64,000 nt of DNA from Nitrospirota bacterium (GCA_963703955.1 CAVPGK010000023.1:85117-149116), one strand, 5' to 3'; shown: positions 1 to 10,307, counted from the first letter of the stretch. The notes: a model not told the origin generated them from the sequence alone. Program-made: numbers and translations.

Positions 1-1
1 C

Positions 2-1204
2 AGCAACCCGCAGGCCGACCTGCATCGGCTTCAGACAGCGGCATCCATCTCGCTGGAAGGGAAAGTGGTGGGCGCCGCCTACGCGGAATTCACGACAGCT
101 CAGTTCGATGAGGTGCTCGATTATCAGCGACGTCTCTCCATCACCCGGCGTCTGTTGACCGGCGGTGTCATCGTGCTGGCCATCAACCTTTTCCTGTATT
201 GGTACGTGCATCGTCCGGTGCGGGCGCTGTTGAGCGCCGTCAAGGCTGTGACCCAGGGAACCATGACAGCCACGGTGCCGGTTCACGGGCAGGATGAGAT
301 CGGCAAGCTCGCGGACCGTTTCAATGTGATGGTGGAACGCATCCGCACGACCACCAGTGAGAATAACGAGCTGTACGAAGAGTTACAACGGGCGCACAGC
401 AGCCTGCAGATCAAAGTGGACGAGGCGACCGCGGAGGTTCGGCAGAAGAATCGGGAGCTGGCCAGAACGAACGAGCTGCTCTCCAGCGCTCAGCGTGAGG
501 CCGCGCGGGCGCAACGCCTTTCGGCGATCGGCCAGCTGGCGGCCACGGTGGCCCATAAGATCGGTACTCCTCTCACCGCGCTGTCGGGTCACGTCCAGTT
601 GCTTCAAGAAGACCCGAACCTGACGACGGACGCCAGACGGCGGCTGCACACGGTGGAAGGACAGATCGAACAGACCTCCCGGATCATTCAAGACTTGCTG
701 GTTTACGCGCGGAAACCGGAGCCAGTCATGGCGCCCCTGGATCTTAACGCCTGTTTGGATGAATGTCTCGCGTTGCTAAGGCCGGAAATCGATCGGCTGA
801 ACGTCGGTCTAGCGACCGAACTCGACCCCGCCATGGGAAAGGTGGAAGCGGATCAGTCGCAGATTCAAGAGGTATTTTGTAATTTGATCGATAATTCCCT
901 CGACGCCATGCCGCAGGGAGGTACGCTCACTGTCAGAAGTTATACGATGGCGGCGCCGACACCAGGGGGCAAGGCAGAACGATGCGTGGTTGAGATCGCC
1001 GACACCGGGCAGGGCATCGCACCTGAGACGATGGAGCAGATTTTCCAACCGTTCTTCACCACGAAACGGGCGGGACGCGGGACCGGCCTGGGGTTGGCGA
1101 TTGCGCTCGAGACGATCCGCGCTCACGAAGGGTCCATAACCGTAGAAAGCGAGCCCGGCAAGGGCGCGCGGTTTGTCGTCCAGTTGCCGGCCTCCGGAGG
1201 ATAG
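2..1204 (+). CDS. Sensor histidine kinase (HAMP, HisKA, HATPase); 5' end lies outside the window
   Basis: Frame is open from base 2. TM segment, then HAMP (DEIGKLADRFNVM), H-box AHKIGTPL, N-box NLIDNSLDAM, G1 DTGQG, F-box FQPFFTTK, G2 GTGLGL. Confidence 0.95.
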   Translation, partial: SNPQADLHRLQTAASISLEGKVVGAAYAEFTTAQFDEVLDYQRRLSITRRLLTGGVIVLAINLFLYWYVHRPVRALLSAVKAVTQGTMTATVPVHGQDEIGKLADRFNVMVERIRTTTSENNELYEELQRAHSSLQIKVDEATAEVRQKNRELARTNELLSSAQREAARAQRLSAIGQLAATVAHKIGTPLTALSGHVQLLQEDPNLTTDARRRLHTVEGQIEQTSRIIQDLLVYARKPEPVMAPLDLNACLDECLALLRPEIDRLNVGLATELDPAMGKVEADQSQIQEVFCNLIDNSLDAMPQGGTLTVRSYTMAAPTPGGKAERCVVEIADTGQGIAPETMEQIFQPFFTTKRAGRGTGLGLAIALETIRAHEGSITVESEPGKGARFVVQLPASGG

Positions 1205-1206
1205 AA

Positions 1207-2559
1207 ATGCTGCAAGATTCACGCGTGCTGATCGTCGATGACGACAATGAAACCCTAGAGCTGCTCCGTGAGATCGTCAGCAAGGAAGGCTACCTGGTCG
1301 AATCGGCGGAAAACGCCCAGACCGCGCTCAACAAGGTCGCTCATGAGAAACCGGATGTGGTGATCACAGACCTTCATATGCCGGGGATGGACGGTCTGGC
1401 CTTGCTCGCCGAGCTCAAGATCCGCTCTCCAGAAACCCTGGTCATTTTGCTGACCGCCTATGGGTCGTTGAAGACCACGGTCGACGGGATCAAGGCCGGG
1501 GCCTTTGATTACCTGAGCAAGCCGTTTATTGTGGATGAAATTCGGCTGGTGGTTCGGCGCGCGCTGGAGCACAAGCAGGTTCTGTCTGAAAACCAAGCCT
1601 TAAAGGAGCAGCTTCGTGACCGGTACCGCTTCGATAATATCGTAGGGAGCAGCGCCGCCATGGTCTCCGTCTACAAACTGATCGCTCGGGTGGCCCAGAC
1701 GGACAGCACGGTGCTGCTTCAGGGTGAGAGCGGAACAGGAAAGGAATTGGTTGCCCGCGCCATCCACTCGAACAGCGACCGCAGTTCCGGCCCCTTCGTG
1801 ACCGTCGACAGCGGCGCGTTGACCGAGACCCTGCTCGAATCCGAATTGTTCGGCCACGAGCGCGGCTCGTTCACCGGGGCGGTGGCGACCAAAAAGGGGC
1901 TGCTGGAAAAGGCCCACCTCGGCACATGCTTCTTTGATGAGATGGCGAACATCTCCCCGGCCCTTCAAAGCAAATTGCTTCGTGTTCTGCAGGAACGAGA
2001 GGTCAGGCGGGTCGGAGGAGGAGCTCCCATGACAGTGGATGTCCGAATGATTGCAGCCTCCAACAAGGACTTGAAACCCCTCGTGGATGCCGGAACATTT
2101 CGCGAGGACTTGTACTACAGACTGAACGTCGTGACGATCAATATTCCGCCGCTCCGGGAGCGACCTGAGGATATTCCGGTACTTGCCCAGTTCTTCGTAC
2201 AAAAATATGGAGCCGCGAAAGAGAAACCAGTGACCGGCATCTCACCCGATGCTATGGGGTTGCTCACCAAATACCATTGGCCAGGCAACGTGCGCGAACT
2301 GGAGCACGTCATTGAACGCGCGATCGTTCTGACTCCCCATCCGGCGATCCTCCCTCACGATCTTCCCGAATCCATCCGGTCCGCCGCCCCCCAAGCGACC
2401 GCGCAGGGCAGCGGGTGGACGACGCTGGATTCCTTGGAACGCGACTATATCCTTCGAGTCCTCGATGCAAACCAACGAGACATCGGACGCGCCTCGGACA
2501 TCTTGGGCATTCATCGAAAAACGCTTTTGCGCAAGCTCAGGCGGTACGGGGTGGCATAA
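1207..2559 (+). CDS. NtrC-family sigma-54-dependent response regulator
   Basis: Receiver (IVDDD, TDLHMP), Walker A GESGTGKE, ESELFGHERGSFTGA, FREDLYYRL, WPGNVREL, C-terminal HTH (LGIHRKTLLRKL). Confidence 0.96.
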   Translation: MLQDSRVLIVDDDNETLELLREIVSKEGYLVESAENAQTALNKVAHEKPDVVITDLHMPGMDGLALLAELKIRSPETLVILLTAYGSLKTTVDGIKAGAFDYLSKPFIVDEIRLVVRRALEHKQVLSENQALKEQLRDRYRFDNIVGSSAAMVSVYKLIARVAQTDSTVLLQGESGTGKELVARAIHSNSDRSSGPFVTVDSGALTETLLESELFGHERGSFTGAVATKKGLLEKAHLGTCFFDEMANISPALQSKLLRVLQEREVRRVGGGAPMTVDVRMIAASNKDLKPLVDAGTFREDLYYRLNVVTINIPPLRERPEDIPVLAQFFVQKYGAAKEKPVTGISPDAMGLLTKYHWPGNVRELEHVIERAIVLTPHPAILPHDLPESIRSAAPQATAQGSGWTTLDSLERDYILRVLDANQRDIGRASDILGIHRKTLLRKLRRYGVA

Positions 2560-2856
2560 CCCCTCGTTTTGTCGTTGGGTCGCCGTTAGTCCATTGCTCC
2601 GCTAGTCTGGGTACACGGACAAACGGGCTGAATCCATGCACCGGCTTCCTATTCGCGGGACGGAATGTCTCGAAGCGGACATTTTGTTCTAAGCCAGAAT
2701 TCGTATGTAGGGCTTGGGGATCGCCACGCGTTGCCATTGCGACGGTCGAGCGGCCTGGCCATGATGTCCCGCTCTTCGAAAGGAGTATCCCACATTCATT
2801 TTTGTATCTCATTGAGAATGCTCTAGCCTCGACTTGACACCCCTCCCATCTAGACA

Positions 2857-2872
2857 CGGCCTGTGCTTTGCA
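2857..2872 (+). promoter_or_regulatory. Putative sigma-54 (-24/-12) promoter of the GT4-MFS-BON-MFS unit
   Basis: CGGCCTGTGCTTTGCA fits GG-N10-GC (consensus TGGCACG-N4-TTGCW), about 60 nt before the ATG at 2935. Confidence 0.65.
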
Positions 2873-2934
2873 CTGCGTGGCGGTGGCTACAAGCAAGAAC
2901 TGGTTATCTTTACGCGCGAAAAGGAGTCAGCTTG

Positions 2935-4034
2935 ATGAAAATCGCTCAGATTTCACCGCTTTGGGAGAGCGTTCCACCTAAACTTTACGGCGGAACCGAA
3001 CGAATCGTCTCTTATTTGACTGAGGAACTCGTACGACTCGGACATGATGTCACCCTGTTTGCCAGCGGTGATTCGATCACATCGGCGCGACTGGTGGCAG
3101 CAAGTCCCGAAGCGCTTCGTCTCTGCACCGGTATTTTCAATCGGGATGCCCCGTTGGTCACCTTGATCGAAAAGGCCTTCGGCTCCTCGGACGAGTTTGA
3201 TATTCTGCACTCACATCTGGATTTCATCGGTTTCCCTGTGGCGCGCCGATGCACCGCTCCCGTCATTACCACCTTGCACGGTCGTCTGGACCTGGCTCAG
3301 AACTCGAACCGGTTTTCCGCGAGTTCGCCGAAATGCCCCTGGTGTCGATTTCTAACGCTCAGCGGAAGCCGCTCCCGTTCGCCAACTGGCAAGCCACCGT
3401 CCATCATGGACTCCCGCGGGACCTCTATGCATTTCACCCGGCGCCCGGCAAGTATTTGGCCTTTCTCGGGCGTATTTCCCCGGAGAAGCGCCCTGATCAC
3501 GCTATCGAAATTGCCAAGCGGACCGGAATCCCTCTTCGGATCGCGGCGAAGGTAGACCCGGCTGACCGGAACTACTTCGAAGCCGAGATCGAACCACTCA
3601 TGTCTCACCCCCTAGTGGAATTCGTCGGGGAGATCACCGATGAGGAAAAGAACGATTTTCTCGGCGAAGCCTACGCCATGGTAGCGCCTTACGATTGGCC
3701 GGAACCGTTCGGCCTCGTGCTGATTGAGGCGTTGGCTTGCGGAACTCCAGTCCTGGCATACCGGCGAGGATCGATCCCGGAAATCCTCGACAATGGTCGC
3801 ACGGGATTGGTCTGCGAAACTCTCGACGAGATGATCACGGCCGTTACCCAGATCCCGACCATCAAGCGAGCGGACTGCCGGCAATCCTTTGAGGATCGGT
3901 TTAGCGTGGAGCGGATGGCTCTGGATTACATGAATGTCTATCGCCAACTTATTGGTGATCCCCACGAAGAAGCTAGAGTGTCTGAGTCCGAGAATGAATT
4001 GGCTGGCTCCAAGACGATCTTGGGCCGCTGGTAA
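2935..4034 (+). CDS. Glycosyltransferase family 4, split by one frameshift near 3295
   Basis: MKIAQISPLWESVPPKLYGGTERIV...HGRLDL in one frame; ELEPVF...FLGRISPEK...EPFGLVLIEALACGTPV in the next. RBS AAGGAG upstream. Confidence 0.9.
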
Positions 4035-4081
4035 CTGTCTTTACTCTTTCTTTCCTCTTGTTATGATCAAAGGAGTACAGG

Positions 4082-5383
4082 GTGGCTGACGAAAAGGATG
4101 GACAAGTGGACTCGGACGACACGTCCGGGTCGGCTCGAGATGGCTGGGCCTTACTCAAGTCACGGGATTTTGGGTTGCTGTGGTGGGGGCAGGTGACCTC
4201 TCAGGTCGGTGACGGGCTGAACAAAGTCGCACTTCTTTGGTTCGTCTACAATCTCACCGGCTCAGCACTAAAGATGACGGTGATCGGGTTGCTCCAAACG
4301 CTTCCACCGCTGCTCCTCGGTCCGATCATCGGTGTCTTTCTGGACAGACTTCCGAAGAAGCCTGTCATGGTGTGGGTTGACCTAGCTCGCACCGTCTTAG
4401 TCTTACTGATCCCGCTCCTCCATGCATTTGACGCGTTGACGCTGGAGCGGTTATACGTTCTGGTGTTCTTGCTTGCCATCGTGTCGACGATCTTCGGTCC
4501 CGCGTTGGCTTCGTCGGTTCCTCTCATCGCGCCTCGCTCCCGACTCGTGTCAGCCAATGCTCTGATTCAGACGACGACAAATATTGGCCTATTGGTGGGA
4601 CCCGCGATCAGCGGTTTAGGGATTGCCATGATCGGAGCCCAAAACGTGCTGTACGTCAATGCGGTCACTTTCTTTGTTTCGGCCCTCTGCTTGATGCCGA
4701 TTCGGGTCTCTCAACACGAGACGCCGCGGCCCGCCGTTCATGCGCCGTCGTCGCTGACCCATGAGATGTTGGAAGGATTTCGTTTCGTCTTCCTCCAGCA
4801 CCGCACGGTGTTCGTGCTCATGATTGCGGCGACCTTGTACAGCTTGGCCGTCAGCGCCTTTGTGTTCATGTTGCCGGTCCTTGCCAAGGAATTGAGTATG
4901 GGACCGATTCAACTCGGCGGACTGTGGTCTGCTCTCGGAGTCGGCATGTTGACCGCATCGGCGTGGCTCGCCTGGCTCAAGCAGGGTGACCTTAATGACC
5001 GGCTCAAGATCATTTCCCGGTCGATGGCCGTAGGAGGGGTGTCCGTCTGCAGCCTCGGCCTGCTGGGCACGCCGCTGATGGCGATAGCCCTGATCATCGT
5101 GATTGGGGGAAGCACCGCGCTGTTCACGCCTGTCGTCTGGGCCATCCTTCAGGAAATGACCCCAAGTCATCTGCTGGCTCGCGTGTTGACCACCTTCAGC
5201 ACGAGCGGGATGTTCTCCGCCATGATCGGCATGACCGGTTTTGGATGGGCGGCCGACACCATCGGCCCGGCTGCCAGTCTGATTGGTATCGGGTTGGTTC
5301 TGCTTGCAACCGCCGTCGTGGCTGCGCAGTTCAGCCGGTGGTGTGGAAGGTCGGCAGTCCCAAGTGCCGTTCCCGCAGTTTGA
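4082..5383 (+). CDS. MFS transporter (MFS_3/DHA3-like)
   Basis: About 12 hydrophobic segments, RDFGLLWWGQ start, motif A GVFLDRLPKK; RBS AAGGAG before the GTG. Confidence 0.92.
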   Translation: MADEKDGQVDSDDTSGSARDGWALLKSRDFGLLWWGQVTSQVGDGLNKVALLWFVYNLTGSALKMTVIGLLQTLPPLLLGPIIGVFLDRLPKKPVMVWVDLARTVLVLLIPLLHAFDALTLERLYVLVFLLAIVSTIFGPALASSVPLIAPRSRLVSANALIQTTTNIGLLVGPAISGLGIAMIGAQNVLYVNAVTFFVSALCLMPIRVSQHETPRPAVHAPSSLTHEMLEGFRFVFLQHRTVFVLMIAATLYSLAVSAFVFMLPVLAKELSMGPIQLGGLWSALGVGMLTASAWLAWLKQGDLNDRLKIISRSMAVGGVSVCSLGLLGTPLMAIALIIVIGGSTALFTPVVWAILQEMTPSHLLARVLTTFSTSGMFSAMIGMTGFGWAADTIGPAASLIGIGLVLLATAVVAAQFSRWCGRSAVPSAVPAV

Positions 5384-5501
5384 TCAGGAGCGATTGTTTC
5401 TCACAAACTCTTCTACTTGGCCGGCCTGAGGTGGGTACGGCCCGGTGACCGTCCCCTGACAGCACTCCCTCGGCATCGGCCGCGCACCAAGGAGGCGACA
5501 G

Positions 5502-6384
5502 ATGACGAGGGCTCCCTCGACGATATCTGGATGGGTCATACCGCTACTGTGCGTGATCTTGGCCACTGGAACCGTCTCCGGGTCTGAGGAGTCCGGTTCT
5601 AAGCCGCAGGAACCGAAGGCCCAAGCCCCCGCATCGACTCCTCCATCAGCCCCAAAGGCTCAGGACATAAAGCCTGCGGACTCTGGATCCAAACCAGCGG
5701 AATCGAAGAAAGAAGAACCGAAGGCGCAACCGCCGGTCCCGCCCCCACCTGCGGCTCAAAAAGCCCAAGAACCCAAGCCTGCAGAGTCCCCTCCGAAGAC
5801 ACCTGAACTGAAGAAAGACGAGCCAAAGGAGCCATCTCCTCAAATCACTACGCCTCCAAAGGCTCAAGAGCCGAAATCCGCGGAATCTTCTGCTCCCTGC
5901 TCCACCTGCCCCCACCCCTGCTGCTCCGAAGCCGTCCATGCCCCCCATCCTCCCTATAAAACTGGCGCTGATGGCTGACCCACGACTGTTCCCCTATGAC
6001 ATTCATGTAGAAATCAGCGGGGATGTCGCGGAATTGTCAGGAAAGGTCTCCAACGAGAGCGAGAAGGCCGCCGCCACGGAAATCGTCCAGGCGCTTGACG
6101 GAATCAAGTCCGTCACGAATAATATCGAAGTGGTGAAGGATCTCAATCGGACCTTGGCGAAGAAAAAAGATGAGATCATCACTCAGTACGTGAAAGATCG
6201 CTTCGGAAAGAGTAAAACGTTAGAAACCGCTCACTTCGATGTAAAATCAGAAGACGGCATCGTCTCGCTAGCCGGCAAGACCAAGTTTCTCGTGATTGTC
6301 TTGGAGGCGGTTGAGGCGGCCCGGAACGTTCCCGGAGTCAAGGCCGTGAAGACCGAGGGTGTTCACTTGGAGGGTACCGATTGA
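5502..6384 (+). CDS. Exported BON-domain protein with a Pro/Lys/Glu-rich linker; frameshift near 5895
   Basis: Signal peptide, PKAQ/EPK low-complexity repeats, then two BON domains (IHVEISGDVAELSG...GIKSVTNNI; FDVKSEDGIVSLAG...VPGVKAV). Removing one C at about 5895 joins ORFs 5502 and 5938. Confidence 0.85.
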
Positions 6385-6421
6385 TGATGAACCTGGCTTC
6401 ACACACAGGGCGTGACCGGCG

Positions 6422-7726
6422 TTGAGAACTCCCCTTGAGTCTGCTGAAGCCAACCTGGAATGGCCGGGAGCGCACTGTTTTACGGTTAGCGATCAGCGAC
6501 TGTTGCTGAGTCGCGATTTCGGTTTCGTATGGTGGGGACAGCTGATCTCGCAGATCGGCGATGGAATCACGAAGCTCGCGCTTCTCTGGTTTGTCTATTC
6601 CGTTACCGGCTCGCCCCTGAAAACCACCGTCATCGGCATGCTCCAGACCATCCCGCCGATTGTATTCGGTCCGTTGATCGGGGTCTACCTCGACCGCTTA
6701 CCTAAAAAACCCGTATTGATCGGCACCGACATCTTACGAGCGGTGTTGATCGGTCTGATCCCCTGTTGGGTCCCTGCCGATGCGTTTACGGTTGAGCGGC
6801 TGTATGCGCTTGTCTTTCTCCACGCCCTGGCCACGGCGGTATTCGGTCCTGGCTTGACAGCGTCGATTCCCCATCTGGTCAAACGCTCGCAATTCACGGC
6901 GGCGAATGCGTGGCTTCAGAGCACCACGAGTCTGGGCGTCATCGTGGGTCCGGTCTTGAGCGGTTTCGGCATCGCAGCGCTCAGCTCGCAAGAGGTGCTG
7001 TGCATCAACGCGCTGACGTACCTGGTCTCAGCGGCATGTCTGGTGCCCGTTCATTTCGCTGCTGTGGCGCAGCCGGCGCGCGGCGACTCCACCGCTCCAC
7101 GCTCGACGCTGCAAGATTTGATCGAAGGGTTCCGTTTCGCCAAGCAGCCGATGATCCTTCTGTTAATCGTGACCGCCGCTTTGTACTCCTTCGGTACCAG
7201 CGCGTTTTCCACGCTCTTTCCGGTCTTCGGGAGAAAGATGCTGGATTTGGGACCGATCGAAGTCGGGTACCTGTGGTCGGCATTGGGGGTGGGTCTGCTT
7301 CTCATGTCGATGGGGCTCATTCGACTGACCGAATGGGATTTATGGAAGCGGATCCAGGTGATTGCCGTCTCCAGCGCCGTCAGCGGAGCAGCGTTGTTCG
7401 CGCTGGCAGGCGCGCCTGATCAGATCATTGCCACGTTCTGCATGATCGTGATCGGCGGGGGCCTGGGCGTCTTTACCCCGATCGCGTGGGGTGTCTTACA
7501 GGAAATCTCGCCGGACCACCTCGTTGCACGGATCCTGACCATTTATGGGACCGGAGCCATGTCGGCAGCGATCGCCGGTATGACGATCTTCGGGTGGGTG
7601 ACGCAGCAATTCGATGAACGCACCAGCGTCGTCGGCATCGGGGTAGTCCTGCTTGTCACAGCCATTGTGGCGATCGGGTTCAGCCGATGGACTCGGATCC
7701 CACGAACCGGGACACTCAGTCCATAG
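6422..7726 (+). CDS. MFS transporter, paralogue of 4082..5383 (start uncertain)
   Basis: SRDFGFVWWGQLISQIGDG and GVYLDRLPKK align with the upstream MFS. Confidence 0.9.
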   Translation: MRTPLESAEANLEWPGAHCFTVSDQRLLLSRDFGFVWWGQLISQIGDGITKLALLWFVYSVTGSPLKTTVIGMLQTIPPIVFGPLIGVYLDRLPKKPVLIGTDILRAVLIGLIPCWVPADAFTVERLYALVFLHALATAVFGPGLTASIPHLVKRSQFTAANAWLQSTTSLGVIVGPVLSGFGIAALSSQEVLCINALTYLVSAACLVPVHFAAVAQPARGDSTAPRSTLQDLIEGFRFAKQPMILLLIVTAALYSFGTSAFSTLFPVFGRKMLDLGPIEVGYLWSALGVGLLLMSMGLIRLTEWDLWKRIQVIAVSSAVSGAALFALAGAPDQIIATFCMIVIGGGLGVFTPIAWGVLQEISPDHLVARILTIYGTGAMSAAIAGMTIFGWVTQQFDERTSVVGIGVVLLVTAIVAIGFSRWTRIPRTGTLSP

Positions 7727-7900
7727 AGAAAAAGCTGTCCGCTTCCCAACTTCTTACCAACGTTCACTTTTCCTCATTGTCCGACAAACAAAACGTTCCT
7801 GCGTTGGGACTTCTCATTCCAGCGTCCTGCCGTAAAGAAAATCCGGCTATCTCATTGAAGAAGAATCATTCATGCATTCCTGGTTGACTACCGCCATTCA

Positions 7901-7916
7901 CGGCCCGTGTATTGCT
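7901..7916 (+). promoter_or_regulatory. Putative sigma-54 (-24/-12) promoter of the CsbD gene
   Basis: CGGCCCGTGTATTGCT fits GG-N10-GC. Confidence 0.65.
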
Positions 7917-8058
7917 TTGTCCTTCCTTGAAAAGAGATTCCGTCAAGGAATCGACTTCACTGGCCGGAGAAAGAAAGCCCCGGCTCATCATCCGAACGGG
8001 CAACGAGAGAGCGATCGTGCGTTCACTCGCTGCACCAAATCTAAGAAGGAGGAAAGCA

Positions 8059-8283
8059 ATGAATCAGGATCAATTCAAAGGCCGCTGGAATCAGTTTAAA
8101 GGTGAGCTGAAGAAGAAATGGGGAGAATTGACAGACGATGATCTCCTCCAGATCGAGGGGAACTACGACAAGTTCATGGGCACGGTTCAGAAACGTTACG
8201 GCGATCGTAAAGAGGAAGTGAGTATGTGGGCAGACCAGTGGTTTCAGACCGATCAACCCGCCGGAACCCGAACGGGGGTCTGA
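8059..8283 (+). CDS. CsbD/YjbJ-family general stress protein
   Basis: MNQDQFKGRWNQFKGELKKKWGELTDDDL...VQKRYG; RBS AAGGAGG. Confidence 0.93.
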   Translation: MNQDQFKGRWNQFKGELKKKWGELTDDDLLQIEGNYDKFMGTVQKRYGDRKEEVSMWADQWFQTDQPAGTRTGV

Positions 8284-8368
8284 CAGGAACCGCATCGGGT
8301 GAAGGAGAAGTAGCGCGCGGCTGGCTTCTCATCAGCATTTCACCAGTGTTACTTGGAAGGAGCACTCC

Positions 8369-8644
8369 ATGAAAAGGACAATTCGTTTGATCGCAATGGC
8401 GGCCATGTTCACGTTCGGTGTCCCCGCTGTGTTTGCGGCTGACCAGGGCATGCAAGGGCAGAGTGAGAAAAGAAAACGGATAAGCAGCACCAAAAGACTC
8501 CCGGCACCGGGCCTATGGGAGAAGTAGAGAAAGGGGGGATCGGGACCAAGTGGTCCCCAGACCAATGCTCCTGGAAAGTCACCTGGATTCGAAGGAGCGG
8601 CTGATAAGAAGCCTGGTCAAAGCCCAACGAGCGGTGGACACTAG
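8369..8644 (+). CDS. Small exported Gly/Pro/Lys-rich protein with two probable homopolymer frameshifts (absent from the ORF track)
   Basis: RBS AAGGAG and signal peptide MKRTIRLIAMAAMFTFGVPAVFAA. Shifting frame at the A-runs (about 8470) and the G7 run (about 8535) gives ...KTPGTGPMGEVEKGGSGPSGPQTNAPGKSPGFEGAADKKPGQSPTSGGH*. Confidence 0.6.
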
Positions 8645-8662
8645 CCTGTCGATGGGAAAGGC

Positions 8663-8702
8663 CGCGGATCAAGTCAGCCGTTCTTCGCTGACTTGATCCG
8701 CG
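8663..8702. terminator. Perfect 16-bp hairpin between convergent genes; probable bidirectional terminator
   Basis: CGCGGATCAAGTCAGC-N8-GCTGACTTGATCCGCG. No clear U-tract. Confidence 0.6.
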
Positions 8703-8706
8703 AAGC

Positions 8707-10149
8707 CTATCTCGCGTGAGAGAGCGCACCCGCGGAATTAGCAAGGGTCCCCAACGAAGTGCGACCCAGAGAGGCAGCTCGCAGGCGAGTCAACTGTTCA
8801 CGCATCTTTGCAGTCCATTCATGGGTATCGGGTGTGGATTCGGGATTGCGTAAGTACGATTCCCAGACAGTAACCGCCTCATCCGACAATCCTTTCGCTT
8901 CCAAAGCCATTCCTAGATTGTAGACCGCCGCAGCAAGATCGGGTTGCGAGGCTACCGCCCGGCGAAATGCTCCGATGGCTTCATCAAGCTGACCCATTTT
9001 CCACAACAGATTACCCAGATTATTGTGCGCGCGCCCGAACTGAGGGTTCTCGCCCACGGCAGCTCGGTACGATTCCACCGCCCGATCCCGACGGCCAAGA
9101 CGTTCCCAGGCATCTCCGATATCGCTCAACAAGACCGCATCGTGTGGTGTCTGTTCTAGCGCTTTCGAATAGGCCTCTACTGCGTCATTCCAGCGTTCCA
9201 TCGCAGCATAGGCTTGGCCAAGACTCTTCGTGATCCACGTCGCCTCCGGTCTCAAGGCGACCGCCGTTTCGTATTGTTGGACGGCGAGGCGGAGGAGGTC
9301 GGCATCATGTTGAAACACCATGGCAATGGTATACAAGAAATGCCCAGTCGCGAAGGATCGGTCTGCTTCGGGCTCGACACCATGGGGACTCTTGAACCCG
9401 GATCGGAAAAGGGATGGGCGCGCCACCAGATGCTGCGAATCCAACCATTGACGGATGACCGGCGCCGGAATGGAATATCCGATCCCCGATCTCATCGTGA
9501 CGCTCGCGATCGACGCGCCGGTACGGTCCCTCGCTCGCTCCAAGTACGGAACGGTGGTCACGACCATTCCGACCACTTCTCCTGTTTCGGTATCGACGAG
9601 CGGCCCTCCGCTGTTGCCGAAATTCAAGATACCGGTCGTTTGCACGAATCCCGCCACCCCGCCCTTCGTGCGCGATCGCCCCTGAGCCAGACCGCCGACC
9701 AGACCTGTTCCAACCGTGGCGTGAAGCGCGAACCCCATTTCCAAGATGTCGGTGATGCGCGGATATCCTACGGCGATGACGTCGGTGCCCTCAGAGGGCA
9801 TTTCGGTGGCGAGCGCTAAGGTCTCAATATTCGCCTGTTTTACGCGCAGGGCCGCCAAATCTAAATCGGGATCAACAGCAACGATTTCCGGCGCCGAATG
9901 GATGGCTTGATCCTGGACATAGAGATAAAGACGCGTGCTATCTTCGATCACGTGCGCATTCGTCACGAGAAGCCCGTGGCCATTGATAAAAAACCCGCTG
10001 CCCATTGAGACGGTACGCGTCGAATCATTGATGGCCACGATCAAAGCTGTCGCAGCCTTGGCATGGCGGAAAAGATCGGCCCGTTGGGAGGCATGAGCCG
10101 GGACTCCGATGAGGCAGGATAGTAAGGCCGCGATAATCCAGTAAAACAT
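8707..10149 (-). CDS. Exported trypsin-like serine protease with C-terminal TPR repeats
   Basis: Signal peptide from MFYWIIAALL; catalytic triad motifs TNAHV, DLAAL, GNSGGP; TPRs such as AHNNLGNLL and YNLGMAL. Confidence 0.9.
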   Translation of the reverse strand: MFYWIIAALLSCLIGVPAHASQRADLFRHAKAATALIVAINDSTRTVSMGSGFFINGHGLLVTNAHVIEDSTRLYLYVQDQAIHSAPEIVAVDPDLDLAALRVKQANIETLALATEMPSEGTDVIAVGYPRITDILEMGFALHATVGTGLVGGLAQGRSRTKGGVAGFVQTTGILNFGNSGGPLVDTETGEVVGMVVTTVPYLERARDRTGASIASVTMRSGIGYSIPAPVIRQWLDSQHLVARPSLFRSGFKSPHGVEPEADRSFATGHFLYTIAMVFQHDADLLRLAVQQYETAVALRPEATWITKSLGQAYAAMERWNDAVEAYSKALEQTPHDAVLLSDIGDAWERLGRRDRAVESYRAAVGENPQFGRAHNNLGNLLWKMGQLDEAIGAFRRAVASQPDLAAAVYNLGMALEAKGLSDEAVTVWESYLRNPESTPDTHEWTAKMREQLTRLRAASLGRTSLGTLANSAGALSHAR

Positions 10150-10307
10150 AGGTTGACTAGGAGTGTAGCAAAAGGTGTAATAATGGCAAGGTACAAAGAG
10201 TAGGATAGTCTGACCTGCGCCGAAATTGTCGTCTATAATGGGTATCCCGTTACTGTCCACGAAGACGGCTGTCAATAGCGGTCGCCCTCAATATGGGAGG
10301 CCCTGAG

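Noticed and set aside
3280..3310. Programmed ribosomal frameshifting in GT4 and the other split genes
   Set aside because: No canonical slippery heptamer with a stimulatory structure, and the breaks affect unrelated gene families; sequencing error is the simpler explanation.
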